Origin: an uncultured Alphaproteobacteria bacterium
GTDB lineage: Bacteria; Pseudomonadota; Alphaproteobacteria; Rs-D84
Direction: 5' to 3'
NCBI GenBank assembly: GCA_905233975.1
Contig: CAJOGD010000005.1
Coordinates: 10,362-74,361, forward strand
Length of the DNA: 64,000 nt
The stretch's first letter is position 1. Every line of letters starts with the position of its first letter. Made by a program: the position numbers and the translations under genes. Below, in pieces: positions 34,206-44,833 of the stretch. The notes under the pieces are model-generated. The model saw only the letters and a program-made list of their open reading frames with translations, had not been told where the DNA came from and ran no database searches.

Positions 34206-35381
34206 TTAATCCCTAACTTTCCACAGCCAACAATTCGCGTCGGTGTATTCCGCGGGGTTGCTTGTCGAATCCGATCCGGCGCATTCCATTTTATTCTGCT
34301 TTCTGGCCAAACCTTTGGCCAAAGAATCACCGGTGACAATTTTGGTTTGATCGGCCGCCTTCCAGTTATTTGCCGTTCCATTAAACGAGGTGGAATATTG
34401 GTCGGTTGCGGTCTGGGTATTACCGGTCCCACTGGTGGACCATTCCAACGTATTCGATACGGACGCGTTTAACGTGCTATACACATCTTTCAATAATTCC
34501 AATGAAACAAGTGCGTTTTTAACAAGTCCCTGATTTGCAGAAGTATCAGTTCCGAACGTTCCGGCCGTAAATGTGCTAAGTGTTGTGTTGTTCGCGCCCG
34601 TCACATAGTTAATGACCGCGGGTGCATTGGTCGTGGTGGTAAGGGCCTGACTGCCCCCGCCAGTGGTATAAACCTTGTCCGGGGAACCGGCACTGGTCCC
34701 CAATACGAGCGCCTGATTGGCCGCCGGAACAAAATTGGTGCTCGATGTCTTGGCGGGCAATTTATTTTGTTTTAACGCCAAACCATAGGCCAGAGCCTGA
34801 CCAGTGACAAGGCTGGCCGCATGGTCGGACGGCCAGTGGCCGGTCCCAGTGGTAGAAAAGCTTGTTGAATAACTGGTGGTTCCAATTTGATCATTGTTAC
34901 TGCCGCTGGTGGACCAACTCAACGCCGTCCAACTAAGGCTACCAATGCTATTGTTGAGCTCTGAATATACATCGTGCACTAATTGTAATGATGCCAACGC
35001 GCCTTCGACGTCTCTTCGGTCAAGTCCGTTGGAACTACTAATATCTCCGTCGCCCACCACATATTTACCTATCGCCTCCGCGTCCTCTTCCTTGGTCAAC
35101 GGATCCTCTAACCCACCGGCGATGTATAACTTTCCAACCTCGCCCAGGGTTTTGGTCAGGCTAATTGTCTGGCCGGTCACCGGCTCTGGCATGCCATCAT
35201 AAAATTCTGCGTGTTCATCATCGCTACTTAATGGGCCAAGTTTATCCTGTTTTATCTCATCAACATAGTATTTAGATGCAACGGTTTTTTTTGCAATATC
35301 CTCCGCCCTGGGGGCCGCAAAGGCCGATGATGTGGCAACCGTCGCCATTGTTCCCGCAATAAGATAATAACGTGTTTTCAT
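34206..35381 (-). CDS. secreted Thr/Ser-rich protein with internal duplication (hypothetical surface protein)
   Basis: Signal peptide MKTRYYLIAGTMATVATSSAFA. Two ~70-aa internal repeats (LSWSTSGSNNDQIGTTSYSTSF... / LEWSTSGTGNTQTATDQYSTSF...). Confidence 0.6.
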   Translation of the reverse strand: MKTRYYLIAGTMATVATSSAFAAPRAEDIAKKTVASKYYVDEIKQDKLGPLSSDDEHAEFYDGMPEPVTGQTISLTKTLGEVGKLYIAGGLEDPLTKEEDAEAIGKYVVGDGDISSSNGLDRRDVEGALASLQLVHDVYSELNNSIGSLSWTALSWSTSGSNNDQIGTTSYSTSFSTTGTGHWPSDHAASLVTGQALAYGLALKQNKLPAKTSSTNFVPAANQALVLGTSAGSPDKVYTTGGGSQALTTTTNAPAVINYVTGANNTTLSTFTAGTFGTDTSANQGLVKNALVSLELLKDVYSTLNASVSNTLEWSTSGTGNTQTATDQYSTSFNGTANNWKAADQTKIVTGDSLAKGLARKQNKMECAGSDSTSNPAEYTDANCWLWKVRD

Positions 35382-35502
35382 TTTATGTGTCCCTTCCTTT
35401 TATATTTTTGCTGTTGTTCCTTTTACGAATCGGAGTCTAGCAAAGTTTTGAAAATTAAGGCAAGCACTATTTTCAACCGCCCGGAAATCCGCGGCTTTGC
35501 GG

Positions 35503-35572
35503 TCCGATGACGCGATGGTGCGCCGCCGCATTCGCGCCCGTCGCACCATTGGCCTTTGGCGGTATGACGGCG
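35503..35572. repeat. REP-like element (ggtgcgccgccgcattcgcgcccgtcgcacc + ggcggtatgac)
   Basis: Long palindrome plus the family core. Confidence 0.6.
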
Positions 35573-35654
35573 GTTTTCGGGGCGGGCGTATTTTCCTTTG
35601 CTTTTAATGCGTTATTAGTATAAAATTAGAATATCAAAACAAAAGGAGTTTGGC

Positions 35655-36200
35655 ATGTGGACGACGATTGCCATTGTGGCGGTGATTGTTTTATATTTTA
35701 TTGCGGTGTATAACGGACTGGCCGCGCGGCGGAACCAGGTACGCGAGGCATGGGCGACCATAGACACGCAACTTAAACGGCGGTACGATTTGATTCCAAA
35801 TCTGGTTGAAACTGTGCGTGGTGCGGCGGCGCATGAAAAGGATACTTTGGCCGCGGTTATTTCCGCGCGTAATGCGGCGATGTCCGCGCGCGGGGCCGAC
35901 GGCAAATCGGGTGCGGAACCGGGCTTGTCCGGCGCACTTAACAAACTATTCGCCCTGGGCGAGGCGTATCCCGCCCTGCGTGCGAACGAAAACTTTGTGG
36001 AACTGCAACGCGAATTGACCGATACAGAAACAAAAATTCAATCTGCGCGCCAGTTTTATAATACTGTGGTTATGGGCCTTAATACTCAAATCGACCAATT
36101 CCCAAGTAATATCGTTGCGCGCATGTTTGGATTTACGCATGAAAAACTGTTCGAAGTTGATGAATCTGAACGTGCGAATCCACGCGTTAGTTTTAAATAG
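35655..36200 (+). CDS. lemA: LemA family protein
   Basis: N-terminal TM helix and LemA signature (YNGLAARRNQVREAWATIDTQLKRRYDLIPNLVE). Confidence 0.8.
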   Translation: MWTTIAIVAVIVLYFIAVYNGLAARRNQVREAWATIDTQLKRRYDLIPNLVETVRGAAAHEKDTLAAVISARNAAMSARGADGKSGAEPGLSGALNKLFALGEAYPALRANENFVELQRELTDTETKIQSARQFYNTVVMGLNTQIDQFPSNIVARMFGFTHEKLFEVDESERANPRVSFK

Positions 36201-36209
36201 GGCGCGACC

Positions 36210-37241
36210 ATGCGAATGAATCCACCGGACCCGGGAAGAAATAAATTAAAATCCGCCGGTTTTTCGGACGATATGATTCAGTCTGTGTTTATGACATACA
36301 ATCATGGGTTTCCGGAAAACGTTGTCGATTATATGGTGGCACTGCGCGCGCATGGCATGCCCGACGAACAGATTATGATAATCATCAACACTGCAACCGG
36401 CGCGATGGGGATATTCGATGTTCGGCGATTTTTTCGTGAAATTGCCCCGCACTTTCGCCGATTTGGATTTACCAAGAAACGAATAGAGGACGATATTCGG
36501 GCGTTTGATGAAGAAATGCAAGAATATGGTCGGGCATTAATCGGTGTACGTAAAGTGGACGAACTTTGCCTGCATCCGAATATAGTATTTGGTGATCTCA
36601 ATCATCGGATTAATACCCTGTATATGATCGGAATGTGCACCACAGATGACGGTGAATTTTATCGCGCGGGCGTAGAATTTATTGAATGGGCGCGACGCGG
36701 CGAAACCCCAGATGACACGACCCGGACCATATTGCAAAAATGTGTTGGGCCGGACGGCGTTAATATGAAACGCCTATTGCGATTAACCGAAAAAGACGGC
36801 GATTTGCTCTCTTTGGGGCGCAGCATGGTTTCGCACCAAGATAGTAAAGAAATAAAAACCATAATCGCCATGCGAAACGCGCAATACGCACGTGCGGTTT
36901 TTGATTTCTTTGACCAAAACAAAGAGGAAATTCGCAAAATTGCGCGAAACTATACGGATATAAAATTTATGGCCGAACTTTACGAATTGTGCGTGGGGTG
37001 GCCGGGTTGGACATGTGCCATAGCACGAAAAAATGTTGACGTTCCGGGTCATTTTGTGACGCCCCGCGAAGGCGTGGAATACGTTATGAAATCGATTACG
37101 AACGGATTGCCGGACGACGTGCAAGACATGATGGCAAACATCGCAGTTCGCCAATTTGTAAAGATTGTGCCCGCCACAGAATATGAACCATGGTGGGCCC
37201 ACGTGGCGCGCCTGACAGAATACAGTCAGCAGAGGCGATAG
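36210..37241 (+). CDS. hypothetical protein
   Basis: 343-aa ORF with good coding periodicity and no recognised family. Follows lemA, as in many genomes where lemA pairs with a TPM or unknown partner. Confidence 0.5.
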   Translation: MRMNPPDPGRNKLKSAGFSDDMIQSVFMTYNHGFPENVVDYMVALRAHGMPDEQIMIIINTATGAMGIFDVRRFFREIAPHFRRFGFTKKRIEDDIRAFDEEMQEYGRALIGVRKVDELCLHPNIVFGDLNHRINTLYMIGMCTTDDGEFYRAGVEFIEWARRGETPDDTTRTILQKCVGPDGVNMKRLLRLTEKDGDLLSLGRSMVSHQDSKEIKTIIAMRNAQYARAVFDFFDQNKEEIRKIARNYTDIKFMAELYELCVGWPGWTCAIARKNVDVPGHFVTPREGVEYVMKSITNGLPDDVQDMMANIAVRQFVKIVPATEYEPWWAHVARLTEYSQQRR

Positions 37242-37309
37242 TTTAAAAAGCTTGTTTTTTCATATGTTTTTTGGTATAATCCATGCGTGAATAAAAAAAA
37301 GGAAATACA

Positions 37310-38893
37310 ATGGTTTCACCCAGAGCAAAAAAATTTATACTTGGTTCTGCGGTATTTGGTATGTTGTTTGGAACACCGTCTTGCGCAGACAACCAGAACA
37401 ATGGCAAAGACAAAAAATCGCCAAAAACCGAAGTCCCCGCGAAAAAGAAAAAACAAAAACCTGGTTTTAGCAAAAAATATAAAATCAAGACGCGCGCCGA
37501 TTTTGACCAGTTATATGCCGACGCGGAACCGTTTATTTTTGCGGCCATGATTCCCACCGAAAATTGGCGCACTGATTTCCACAACGATCGCCAAAAATCG
37601 AACGCCGTTCCGAATTCTGTCGGTGTTGGGCTTTTCTATGTTGGTGTAAAAAATGGCGCATTAGACTTTAATTCCCAGACATGGAAAAAGACAAAAAGTT
37701 ATGTGATAAGTTATCGAAGGTCGCACAACGGTAAAAATCCACCAAGTTTGAAACCGTATCAATTATACGAAGGAACGCGTGGTTGGTTCAAAAACATGGA
37801 TAGCGGCCGTCATTTAAATGAATTGTTTAGCCACCTAAAGGGCGCCGAACTTACGATAAATGAATTTGCGGCCATCGCCAGTATATATTATAACGACGAG
37901 GCCATTGGTAAACAGGTTTGCAATTATGTTAAAACCAATTACAAAAATCCGAAAAAATGTGCGCAGTACATTCTTAGCACAAGGATAAAACTCCCCGGAA
38001 TAAAGCCGCGACGTGTGCATGAAGTGCTGATGTATTTAAACCACAACAATTATTGTGTTAATGTCTTTGGTCTAGAGGTTGATGGGCACCTTGGGACATC
38101 GGTCAGTGGATTGGGCGGGCACTTTGACGCGCTAAAGAAAGGTATTACCAATGCCAAATTGGACGCGGCCGCCAATACAATCTATACGCGCGCGGTGAAA
38201 AACGGGCGCTCGATAAAATATTATGTGCAACTGATGAACAATCATCAAGATGCGGTACTTGCGTTCGCCGGCCAAACCGCCCAGACCATAGAAATGGACG
38301 AGCGTGGCGAATTGTATGCCAGGGCCATGACATTGTATAATGCCGCGGATTATGCGGGCGCACTTAAACTGTTCAAACAGATTGTCGCAGAAAACGGTAA
38401 TAGTGCCGATTTGCATAACGATATGGCAATAACTTATTACCATTTGGGCGAATATAAACAGTGTATAGAACAATGCCAAAAGGCGCTTAATACCGGTGAA
38501 CGTGAAAAGTATATGTATGCAACATACAATGCCGGATTGGCGTATTGGGCATTAAAAGACTATGACGGCGCCATCAGGAATTTCAAATCGGCCATTAAGT
38601 ATGCCACTGAATTTGGGGAAGACGATAATCGAAGTGTCTATGAAGGAAAGTTGGCGGCGTGCGAAAAAGCAAAAAAGGACAATGGCGCCACAAAAACCAT
38701 CAAACCGGCGAAAAAGAAAACACCGGCAAGTGGTACCAAGAAACCGGCCCAAAAGAAAGGCACTAAAAGCACTAATAAAAAGAAAGCAACAAAGAATATG
38801 AAGAACGGGACGCGAAAAGTTCGTGCTATGATTGAATTGGACAAACTGCGCCGCCAAGGCCTGGTCCCGAACAACGGCAGAGAATATGCATAA
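37310..38893 (+). CDS. secreted TPR-repeat protein with Lys-rich C-terminal tail
   Basis: Signal peptide, TPR-like repeats at 330-430 aa (ALKLFKQIVAENG..., AITYYHLGEYKQCIEQCQKAL, GLAYWALKDYDGAIRNFKSAI), then a KKKTPASGTKKPAQKKGTKSTNKKKATK tail. Confidence 0.6.
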   Translation: MVSPRAKKFILGSAVFGMLFGTPSCADNQNNGKDKKSPKTEVPAKKKKQKPGFSKKYKIKTRADFDQLYADAEPFIFAAMIPTENWRTDFHNDRQKSNAVPNSVGVGLFYVGVKNGALDFNSQTWKKTKSYVISYRRSHNGKNPPSLKPYQLYEGTRGWFKNMDSGRHLNELFSHLKGAELTINEFAAIASIYYNDEAIGKQVCNYVKTNYKNPKKCAQYILSTRIKLPGIKPRRVHEVLMYLNHNNYCVNVFGLEVDGHLGTSVSGLGGHFDALKKGITNAKLDAAANTIYTRAVKNGRSIKYYVQLMNNHQDAVLAFAGQTAQTIEMDERGELYARAMTLYNAADYAGALKLFKQIVAENGNSADLHNDMAITYYHLGEYKQCIEQCQKALNTGEREKYMYATYNAGLAYWALKDYDGAIRNFKSAIKYATEFGEDDNRSVYEGKLAACEKAKKDNGATKTIKPAKKKTPASGTKKPAQKKGTKSTNKKKATKNMKNGTRKVRAMIELDKLRRQGLVPNNGREYA

Positions 38894-39036
38894 AGGTTAT
38901 TAAATAGACAGGGCGTAAATCGCAGATAGAATATTTTTTGACAAAAGACTTGACATTATACTTTTTTGTATTATATTGTCCTGTGTAAGAGGGACGTGGT
39001 ATTGTTCCCAAGAACAATCAAAAAAGGAGACAAATT

Positions 39037-39339
39037 ATGGTAAAACAAGAATTAGATTCAACACAATTACGTTATGACGGTTTCATAAATGGCGCAGATG
39101 AACACGATGTATTGGCTGGCCGTACGGTTCCGCTTCTTCCGCTTTTGATACCGATGGCGGCCATCGTCACTTTCGGTCTTGCATACAACGGTTATCAATC
39201 GGTTCACGCATGGTTGGCGAATAAAAAGGCCGCAAAGGCCACGACGTCTTATAATATATCCGACGCCATGAAATCGTTTGACGCGGCAAAGACGGCAAAT
39301 TTCCATACGGCCGCGAATCAAATGGGTAAACGTTTATAA
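39037..39339 (+). CDS. small membrane protein (hypothetical)
   Basis: 100-aa ORF with RBS aaaaaggaga and one TM segment. Confidence 0.4.
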   Translation: MVKQELDSTQLRYDGFINGADEHDVLAGRTVPLLPLLIPMAAIVTFGLAYNGYQSVHAWLANKKAAKATTSYNISDAMKSFDAAKTANFHTAANQMGKRL

Positions 39340-39389
39340 GTAAAAAGGAACCGCCGGATTCGGCGGTTTGTTTTTTTTCGTAATTTTAC

Positions 39390-39812
39390 TTAATCGTCAT
39401 CGCGTTCTTCACGTTCTTCGTGATGTTCGCGCATTTCGTTGTGCATAGATTTTTTTGCCGCACGAAATTCCGCACGTGTGATGCAACCGTCCATGTCAAC
39501 ATCGGCCATGGCCAAGTTTTCCACCATCTTTGGGCACTTTATCGAATCCATGACCAAACAGCCGTTTTCAAATTTCGGCTGCATCTTTGGCATATGACGA
39601 TGACCGCCACAGCATGTGATCTTGGCGACCGCAAAGCCCAATGCGAACACGATTAGTAAAACGATAAACTTTTTAAATTTACCGCAATGGCAACCACAGC
39701 CACATGATGCGCCGCATTTGCATTCGTGCATTTCCGGCATTGGTTTTTCAACCGCGACAGTGCGTTTTGGTGCGCGCTTTGCAACTTTTTTAACAGATGA
39801 TTTTTTTTGCAT
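39390..39812 (-). CDS. Cys-cluster / EF-hand-like small membrane protein (hypothetical metal-binding)
   Basis: ECKCGASCGCGCHCGKF cluster, one TM helix, and C-terminal DVDMDGCITRAEF resembling an EF-hand loop. Confidence 0.45.
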   Translation of the reverse strand: MQKKSSVKKVAKRAPKRTVAVEKPMPEMHECKCGASCGCGCHCGKFKKFIVLLIVFALGFAVAKITCCGGHRHMPKMQPKFENGCLVMDSIKCPKMVENLAMADVDMDGCITRAEFRAAKKSMHNEMREHHEEREERDDD

Positions 39813-39935
39813 TTTCCTTCCTTTTGTTTTGCATGCACATTGTATAGAAATAAAAAACCAAAGTCCAGAATTTTTTGCAACCGCCGTTATGCCATGGGCG
39901 GTGGCAAGAAAAAATCCCGCAGGCGCGGGATCTTT

Positions 39936-40268
39936 TTATTTTTTCCAGAAAGCAAAGCCGGAACGTTTTTCTTCCTTTTTGCTTTCTTCGCGGGCGCGTC
40001 GCCGTTCGGCGCGACGTTCCTGAAACCTTTGTGCGGCCTCTTCATCACGTTGAATCAGCTTTAAAGTCGTCACAGATAATTTACCATTACGAACTTCTTC
40101 GTCAAATTCAACAATATCACCTTCGTTCAGATATCGCAAATCCGCATTTTTTAATGAACTTGAATGAACAAACACGTCATCCGTATTACCATCGGCATTT
40201 GCAGTGTCGGGCGCAATAAAGCCATAACACTTTTTACCGTTGTACCATTTTACTTTACCTTGGCGCAT
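39936..40268 (-). CDS. cspA: cold-shock domain protein with basic C-terminal extension
   Basis: KVKWYNGKKCYGFIAPD...VFVHSS RNP motifs of a CSD, plus a Glu/Arg/Lys-rich tail. Confidence 0.8.
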   Translation of the reverse strand: MRQGKVKWYNGKKCYGFIAPDTANADGNTDDVFVHSSSLKNADLRYLNEGDIVEFDEEVRNGKLSVTTLKLIQRDEEAAQRFQERRAERRRAREESKKEEKRSGFAFWKK

Positions 40269-40392
40269 CTTTTTTTCCTTTGATACCTTTGTTATGATTC
40301 AATCGATCGATCAAATCTATTTCGATTTTGTCATAACGAAAAAGTAAAATCAAGAAAATAACGCATGTGCCAAAAAGGACATTTGTCCCGGA

Positions 40393-41796
40393 TTATTTGT
40401 CGCGTTCGCTTTTATAGTATCGCAAAATTTCATTCATGACAAAGTTGAACAACCGCGTCGCCAATGTGTCGCCCGCAACCCGGCCGCCCGTTCGCGCATA
40501 CGGCATTGCTGTCCCCAATATAAAGCGCGCCATATATCGGAAAATCGCAATCTTTTGCGCCATATCCAACTTTAACGAAGAATTCGTTATGTAAAAGATT
40601 TCATTTTTCACCGCGGTGTCCAATTTATCCATAATGTTATCAATGACACCACTCGGGTAATAAAGTTTGTATTCGCGCGGGAAGCCTTCGAACAATGATA
40701 CATCATTACTGCGGCTATATAAAATATTCCACCCGACGCGTTCAAGCAAATCGTCCAAGCACCGACATATCATTTTATTGTACTGTGCAATACCGTTTTT
40801 ATGGGTTATTTCGGCAGCATCTGTTTCGATTTTTGCATTGGTTGCACATGGGTCTGCGCGCAATGTGGCATAGTAATCATGTGTTCGGCGTTCAAATTCA
40901 AAGAACGTCCGAACCTGGCATATAATTTCCATTGGGATAACATTATCCGGCGTGCCGATATTTATAATCACCTTGGAATCGCGATAGTTACGCGGATTTG
41001 TAAAGTCATAGAATTGGTCGCGCACCGAAATAACACGTTCCGGCATCATGTCGCGCAACCGTTCGATAAAGATTCGCGCCTGGGGTACCAAATCGAACAA
41101 ACATTTTACGCGCCACACGTCATTCAGGTGCAGATATGGTTTTTTAATCTTGTCCAACGCGCGCACCAAATCCGCCACAAGTTTATTGTCGGCATTTTTT
41201 ACTATGCTCAAAACTTCTTCGGCGGCGTTCGTGACATAGCGCGCATTAAAACATTTGCGAATTTGTGCAAGTATTTTGTCGGAATCTTTACGCACATCTG
41301 TGATAATACCCGAAACGGTTTCCACGACGTCATCAATAAAAGATTCGTAATATTTTCCGGTAATTTTATCCAGGGCGCGTTCGACATTTTTCTGGGCACC
41401 GACAATGACCGTCACAATCGAAGATACGGACAAATCAACCTTGTGCGATGCGCCGATTGTAAAAAACTGATTCCGCATCGGGTCCGCATCGAAACTGTGA
41501 TTAACAATGTATGAACAAAGCGGGTGTATATCGACGATTTTTATCGGCTTGTTCACCGATAAATCGGTCGCCTGGTCGTATTCAGTGACGGCCGTTTTTG
41601 GCGCGCCAAAGCATTTGCCCAACACATGAAAGACATCGCGATAGCACGCCATACCGTCGGCATAAAGTCGCCGCAAATATTCGGCGGTTTCGTCGTTTAT
41701 GCGGCCCGATGCGCACGCCTTGTCGATGAATTCGATATTGTGCCGATCGTGGTCGGCGGTCAGAATATCAACAATAGGCACACTCGCGTTTGGCAT
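40393..41796 (-). CDS. hypothetical protein (467 aa)
   Basis: Long ORF with coding periodicity and no recognised motifs. Confidence 0.5.
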   Translation of the reverse strand: MPNASVPIVDILTADHDRHNIEFIDKACASGRINDETAEYLRRLYADGMACYRDVFHVLGKCFGAPKTAVTEYDQATDLSVNKPIKIVDIHPLCSYIVNHSFDADPMRNQFFTIGASHKVDLSVSSIVTVIVGAQKNVERALDKITGKYYESFIDDVVETVSGIITDVRKDSDKILAQIRKCFNARYVTNAAEEVLSIVKNADNKLVADLVRALDKIKKPYLHLNDVWRVKCLFDLVPQARIFIERLRDMMPERVISVRDQFYDFTNPRNYRDSKVIINIGTPDNVIPMEIICQVRTFFEFERRTHDYYATLRADPCATNAKIETDAAEITHKNGIAQYNKMICRCLDDLLERVGWNILYSRSNDVSLFEGFPREYKLYYPSGVIDNIMDKLDTAVKNEIFYITNSSLKLDMAQKIAIFRYMARFILGTAMPYARTGGRVAGDTLATRLFNFVMNEILRYYKSERDK

Positions 41797-41805
41797 AAAA
41801 ATCCA

Positions 41806-43269
41806 TTACTTCATAATCGGGAACAGAATGACATCGCGGGCGGTCGGTTGGTCAAATACAATCATGGCCAATCTATCGATACCCATACCCACACCGGAAA
41901 TCGGCGGGAAACCATGTTCCATCGCACGCACAAAGTCGTTATCGGGATTGAACGCTTCTTCTTCGCCACCTTCGATACTTTTTGCCTGGTCTTCGAATGC
42001 CTTGGCCTGTTGGATTGGATTCACCAATTCGGAATAACCCTTGCACAGTTCGCCGCCCGTAACCAACAATTGATACATATCCAACCGCCGGTCATCGTCG
42101 TTATTATGCCGCGCAAGTGGCACCATATACGTCGGATAGTTATAAAGGAATGTCGGCTGGACAATTTGGTTGCGGATTTTCCGCTTGTACACATAGTCCA
42201 CCAATGTCGCAAGTGATTTCAAATCTTCCAATTCGTGCATTGGGAACATACCTTCGTCCACCAATTTTTGGCGCAACACATCGACGTCTTCAAAGTCCAA
42301 AATATTGCACCCGAACAGTTCGTTCATCTTGGCGGTATAGTCCATCATTTCATACTTGCTGAAATCAAGTTTTACCCCCTGGAATTCAATTTGCGACGTG
42401 CCACGCGCGCGCATTATCAGTTCTTGGACCATTTGCCATGTAAAGTCAATATTACGTTTATAGTCCCAATATGCAGCATACCATTCAATCATGGTAAATT
42501 CCTGAAGGTGCATTGCGTCCATACCTTCGTTGCGAAAATCCTTGGCCACTTCATAGACGCGGTCAAACCCGGCACCAATCGCCATCTTTAAAAACAACTC
42601 TGGCGAAATGCGCAATTGAAAGTCCGCGTTCAGTGCATTGTGATGTGTGACGAATGGTCGCGCCGCCGCACCCGACGCAATATTTTGCATAATCGGTGTT
42701 TCGATTTCCAAGAACCCATGGCTGTTCATAAATTCGCGCAAATGCTGGGTCATTTTGAACCGCCCAAGCAACGCATTACGCGATTCCGGATTCGAAACAA
42801 TATCCAAATAACGCTGGCGATAACGCGTTTCCATATCGGTAAGTCCATGGAACTTTTCCGGCAAGGGCCGCAAAGCCTTGGCCAAAATTTCGTAATTCGC
42901 CACACGCACAGTTAATTCGCCCGCGGTCGTGTGATAAAGTTTCCCGGAGATTCCGATAAAGTCGCCCAAATCGACATTGGACTTCATAAATTTATAGTTT
43001 TCTTCGCCCAATTCTTCGCGCGACATAGAAAACTGAATTTCGCCGTTTATGTCATAAATGCGCCCGAACATCAACTTTCCCATCCAACGCAGCGCCGTCA
43101 CGCGACCGCAAAGCCGAACGTCGGTGTCATCGGGCAATTCGCGCGCATCGGCAATCGTATGGGTGCGATCGAATTTATCTTTCCACACAACGCCATCGCG
43201 TGCGCGAATATTTTCGGCCTTTTGCAGGCGTGCGGTTAATTCGTTCGTAGACATATTATTTTCTGACAT
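41806..43269 (-). CDS. lysS: lysine--tRNA ligase, class II
   Basis: OB anticodon-binding domain and class II motifs (motif 2 FRNEGMDAMHLQEFTMIEWY, motif 3 GGVGMGIDRLAM). Confidence 0.9.
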   Translation of the reverse strand: MSENNMSTNELTARLQKAENIRARDGVVWKDKFDRTHTIADARELPDDTDVRLCGRVTALRWMGKLMFGRIYDINGEIQFSMSREELGEENYKFMKSNVDLGDFIGISGKLYHTTAGELTVRVANYEILAKALRPLPEKFHGLTDMETRYRQRYLDIVSNPESRNALLGRFKMTQHLREFMNSHGFLEIETPIMQNIASGAAARPFVTHHNALNADFQLRISPELFLKMAIGAGFDRVYEVAKDFRNEGMDAMHLQEFTMIEWYAAYWDYKRNIDFTWQMVQELIMRARGTSQIEFQGVKLDFSKYEMMDYTAKMNELFGCNILDFEDVDVLRQKLVDEGMFPMHELEDLKSLATLVDYVYKRKIRNQIVQPTFLYNYPTYMVPLARHNNDDDRRLDMYQLLVTGGELCKGYSELVNPIQQAKAFEDQAKSIEGGEEEAFNPDNDFVRAMEHGFPPISGVGMGIDRLAMIVFDQPTARDVILFPIMK

Positions 43270-43466
43270 AAGGTTTCCTTTTTTGTTAAAAGAACGGGGC
43301 ACCACAAAGGTGCGCCCGTAAATTACTTTATGGTCGCACCATTATAACAAAAATTTTTTGCAAATCGTACGCATTTCGGTCGTTATTATGCACGCTATTT
43401 TTCCAAATGTAAAGTATTTTTTATCCACCTTCGCCAGAGGCTTCGGTGGACGGGTCCACCGCAACA

Positions 43467-43626
43467 CGTCATACCGCGGTAACGCGGTATCCCCCTGGGC
43501 TTTACCGAGAATTAAATCTCTGCCGGCCCGACGGGATTCTGGTTTCGCTCGGCTTACTGCCTGCGCGCAAATTTGTAGTTGTTTGAACTTCGCTTACGCT
43601 CGTTCTCACATACAAATTTTCGCCGG
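43467..43626. repeat. ~160-bp composite repeat, copy A (direct repeat of 44834-44990)
   Basis: gtcataccgcggtaacgcggtatc ... ccgacgggattctggtttcgctcggcttactgcctgcgcgcaaatttgtagttgtttgaacttcgcttacgctcgttctcacatacaaattttcgcc. Identical to copy B over the last ~95 bp. Confidence 0.9.
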
Positions 43627-43633
43627 TATAACG

Positions 43634-44809
43634 TTATTGATTCTGTGGGATATAGACATTGATGGTTACCTCTGGTCCCGCCTCAAAGTTTGTCCCATCA
43701 ACCGCACTTTTAAGGAATGTCTGCGATACGGTATCATACATACCAACATCATTGCCATGTTTTGCCGGAATAAGGTTGAATTTTAATACGCCGTCTTCTT
43801 TGGCCCATGCACTTGATATTTTCGCTTTTGCCTTCATTGTGACACTTGAAGAAGTTCGCGCAAACAGCCCCAAATTATAATTTGCCGTCCATACTGTGGT
43901 GTTCGGGGTCGAAGATGTCGCGACCAATGTTCCGTTTAAGTGCATTTTGTTTTGGTCATAGAATGCCTCGTACCATGTATTCAATGACTTAAAGTCCGAT
44001 ATATCGATGATAGATCCGGTGGTTGTATTTCCCCAACCAACGCGATTAAAACTACTTGTTCCATCTACTAATCGCAACACGCCATTATTGGCTGTATTAA
44101 CAGATGGTGTATCAGTCACACCAAACACCGCAGACGCCGTTTCGTTACCATTTTGCCATACGTTGTATTTGACATATAACTGGGTTTTGTTATTTACACG
44201 ATATGGGATCCGCATATATTGTGTCCCGTCGGATTTAATATATTCCAATTCTGTATATCCGTCCGGCAGGGTGTTTCCGACCGTTCCATTATGTATTGTA
44301 TATAGCCAACAAAGGTTGGACACCGGATCGCGGTTGTCTTCCCTACATACGAATTCGCTATCAAGACCATTCTTTAACGCCGCATTAAATGTTTTTGCGT
44401 CAATCAGGTTATCGGATTGTGCAGCATACGATTCGGTTGTTTGATAAATTCCTTTCCGCCCTATTCCACCCGGTTGCCCGGTGTATGTGACGGCGGTGTG
44501 GTCGTTGACCGCGGCGATGTCGTCCTGTTTTTGGTTTAGTTTTGTATTTACACCGCCGACCATTGGTAATGATGTGTCGGACGTGCTGGTGCCCAAATCA
44601 GATTTGACCCCGCGTTTTTGCACGTCCCCGGCCGAATCGGTATATTCCATGACTTTGTTTTGTTCCGCGGTAAATTTATCCTGACGCGTATCAAGTTCGT
44701 GCGTGACGTATTTCAATGACGTTGCGGTTTTCCGATCCGCCGCTTCTTCCGCCACCGCCGGCAATACCGCCGCAATCAACCCGAACACAAACAATTTTTT
44801 CAAATGCAT
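43634..44809 (-). CDS. secreted variable-C-terminus protein, paralogue 3
   Basis: MHLKKLFVFGLIAAVLPAVA signal peptide, conserved N-terminal half, divergent C-terminal half ending NVYIPQNQ. Confidence 0.85.
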   Translation of the reverse strand: MHLKKLFVFGLIAAVLPAVAEEAADRKTATSLKYVTHELDTRQDKFTAEQNKVMEYTDSAGDVQKRGVKSDLGTSTSDTSLPMVGGVNTKLNQKQDDIAAVNDHTAVTYTGQPGGIGRKGIYQTTESYAAQSDNLIDAKTFNAALKNGLDSEFVCREDNRDPVSNLCWLYTIHNGTVGNTLPDGYTELEYIKSDGTQYMRIPYRVNNKTQLYVKYNVWQNGNETASAVFGVTDTPSVNTANNGVLRLVDGTSSFNRVGWGNTTTGSIIDISDFKSLNTWYEAFYDQNKMHLNGTLVATSSTPNTTVWTANYNLGLFARTSSSVTMKAKAKISSAWAKEDGVLKFNLIPAKHGNDVGMYDTVSQTFLKSAVDGTNFEAGPEVTINVYIPQNQ

Positions 44810-44833
44810 ATCGCTCTCCTTTTCTTTTTTGTC

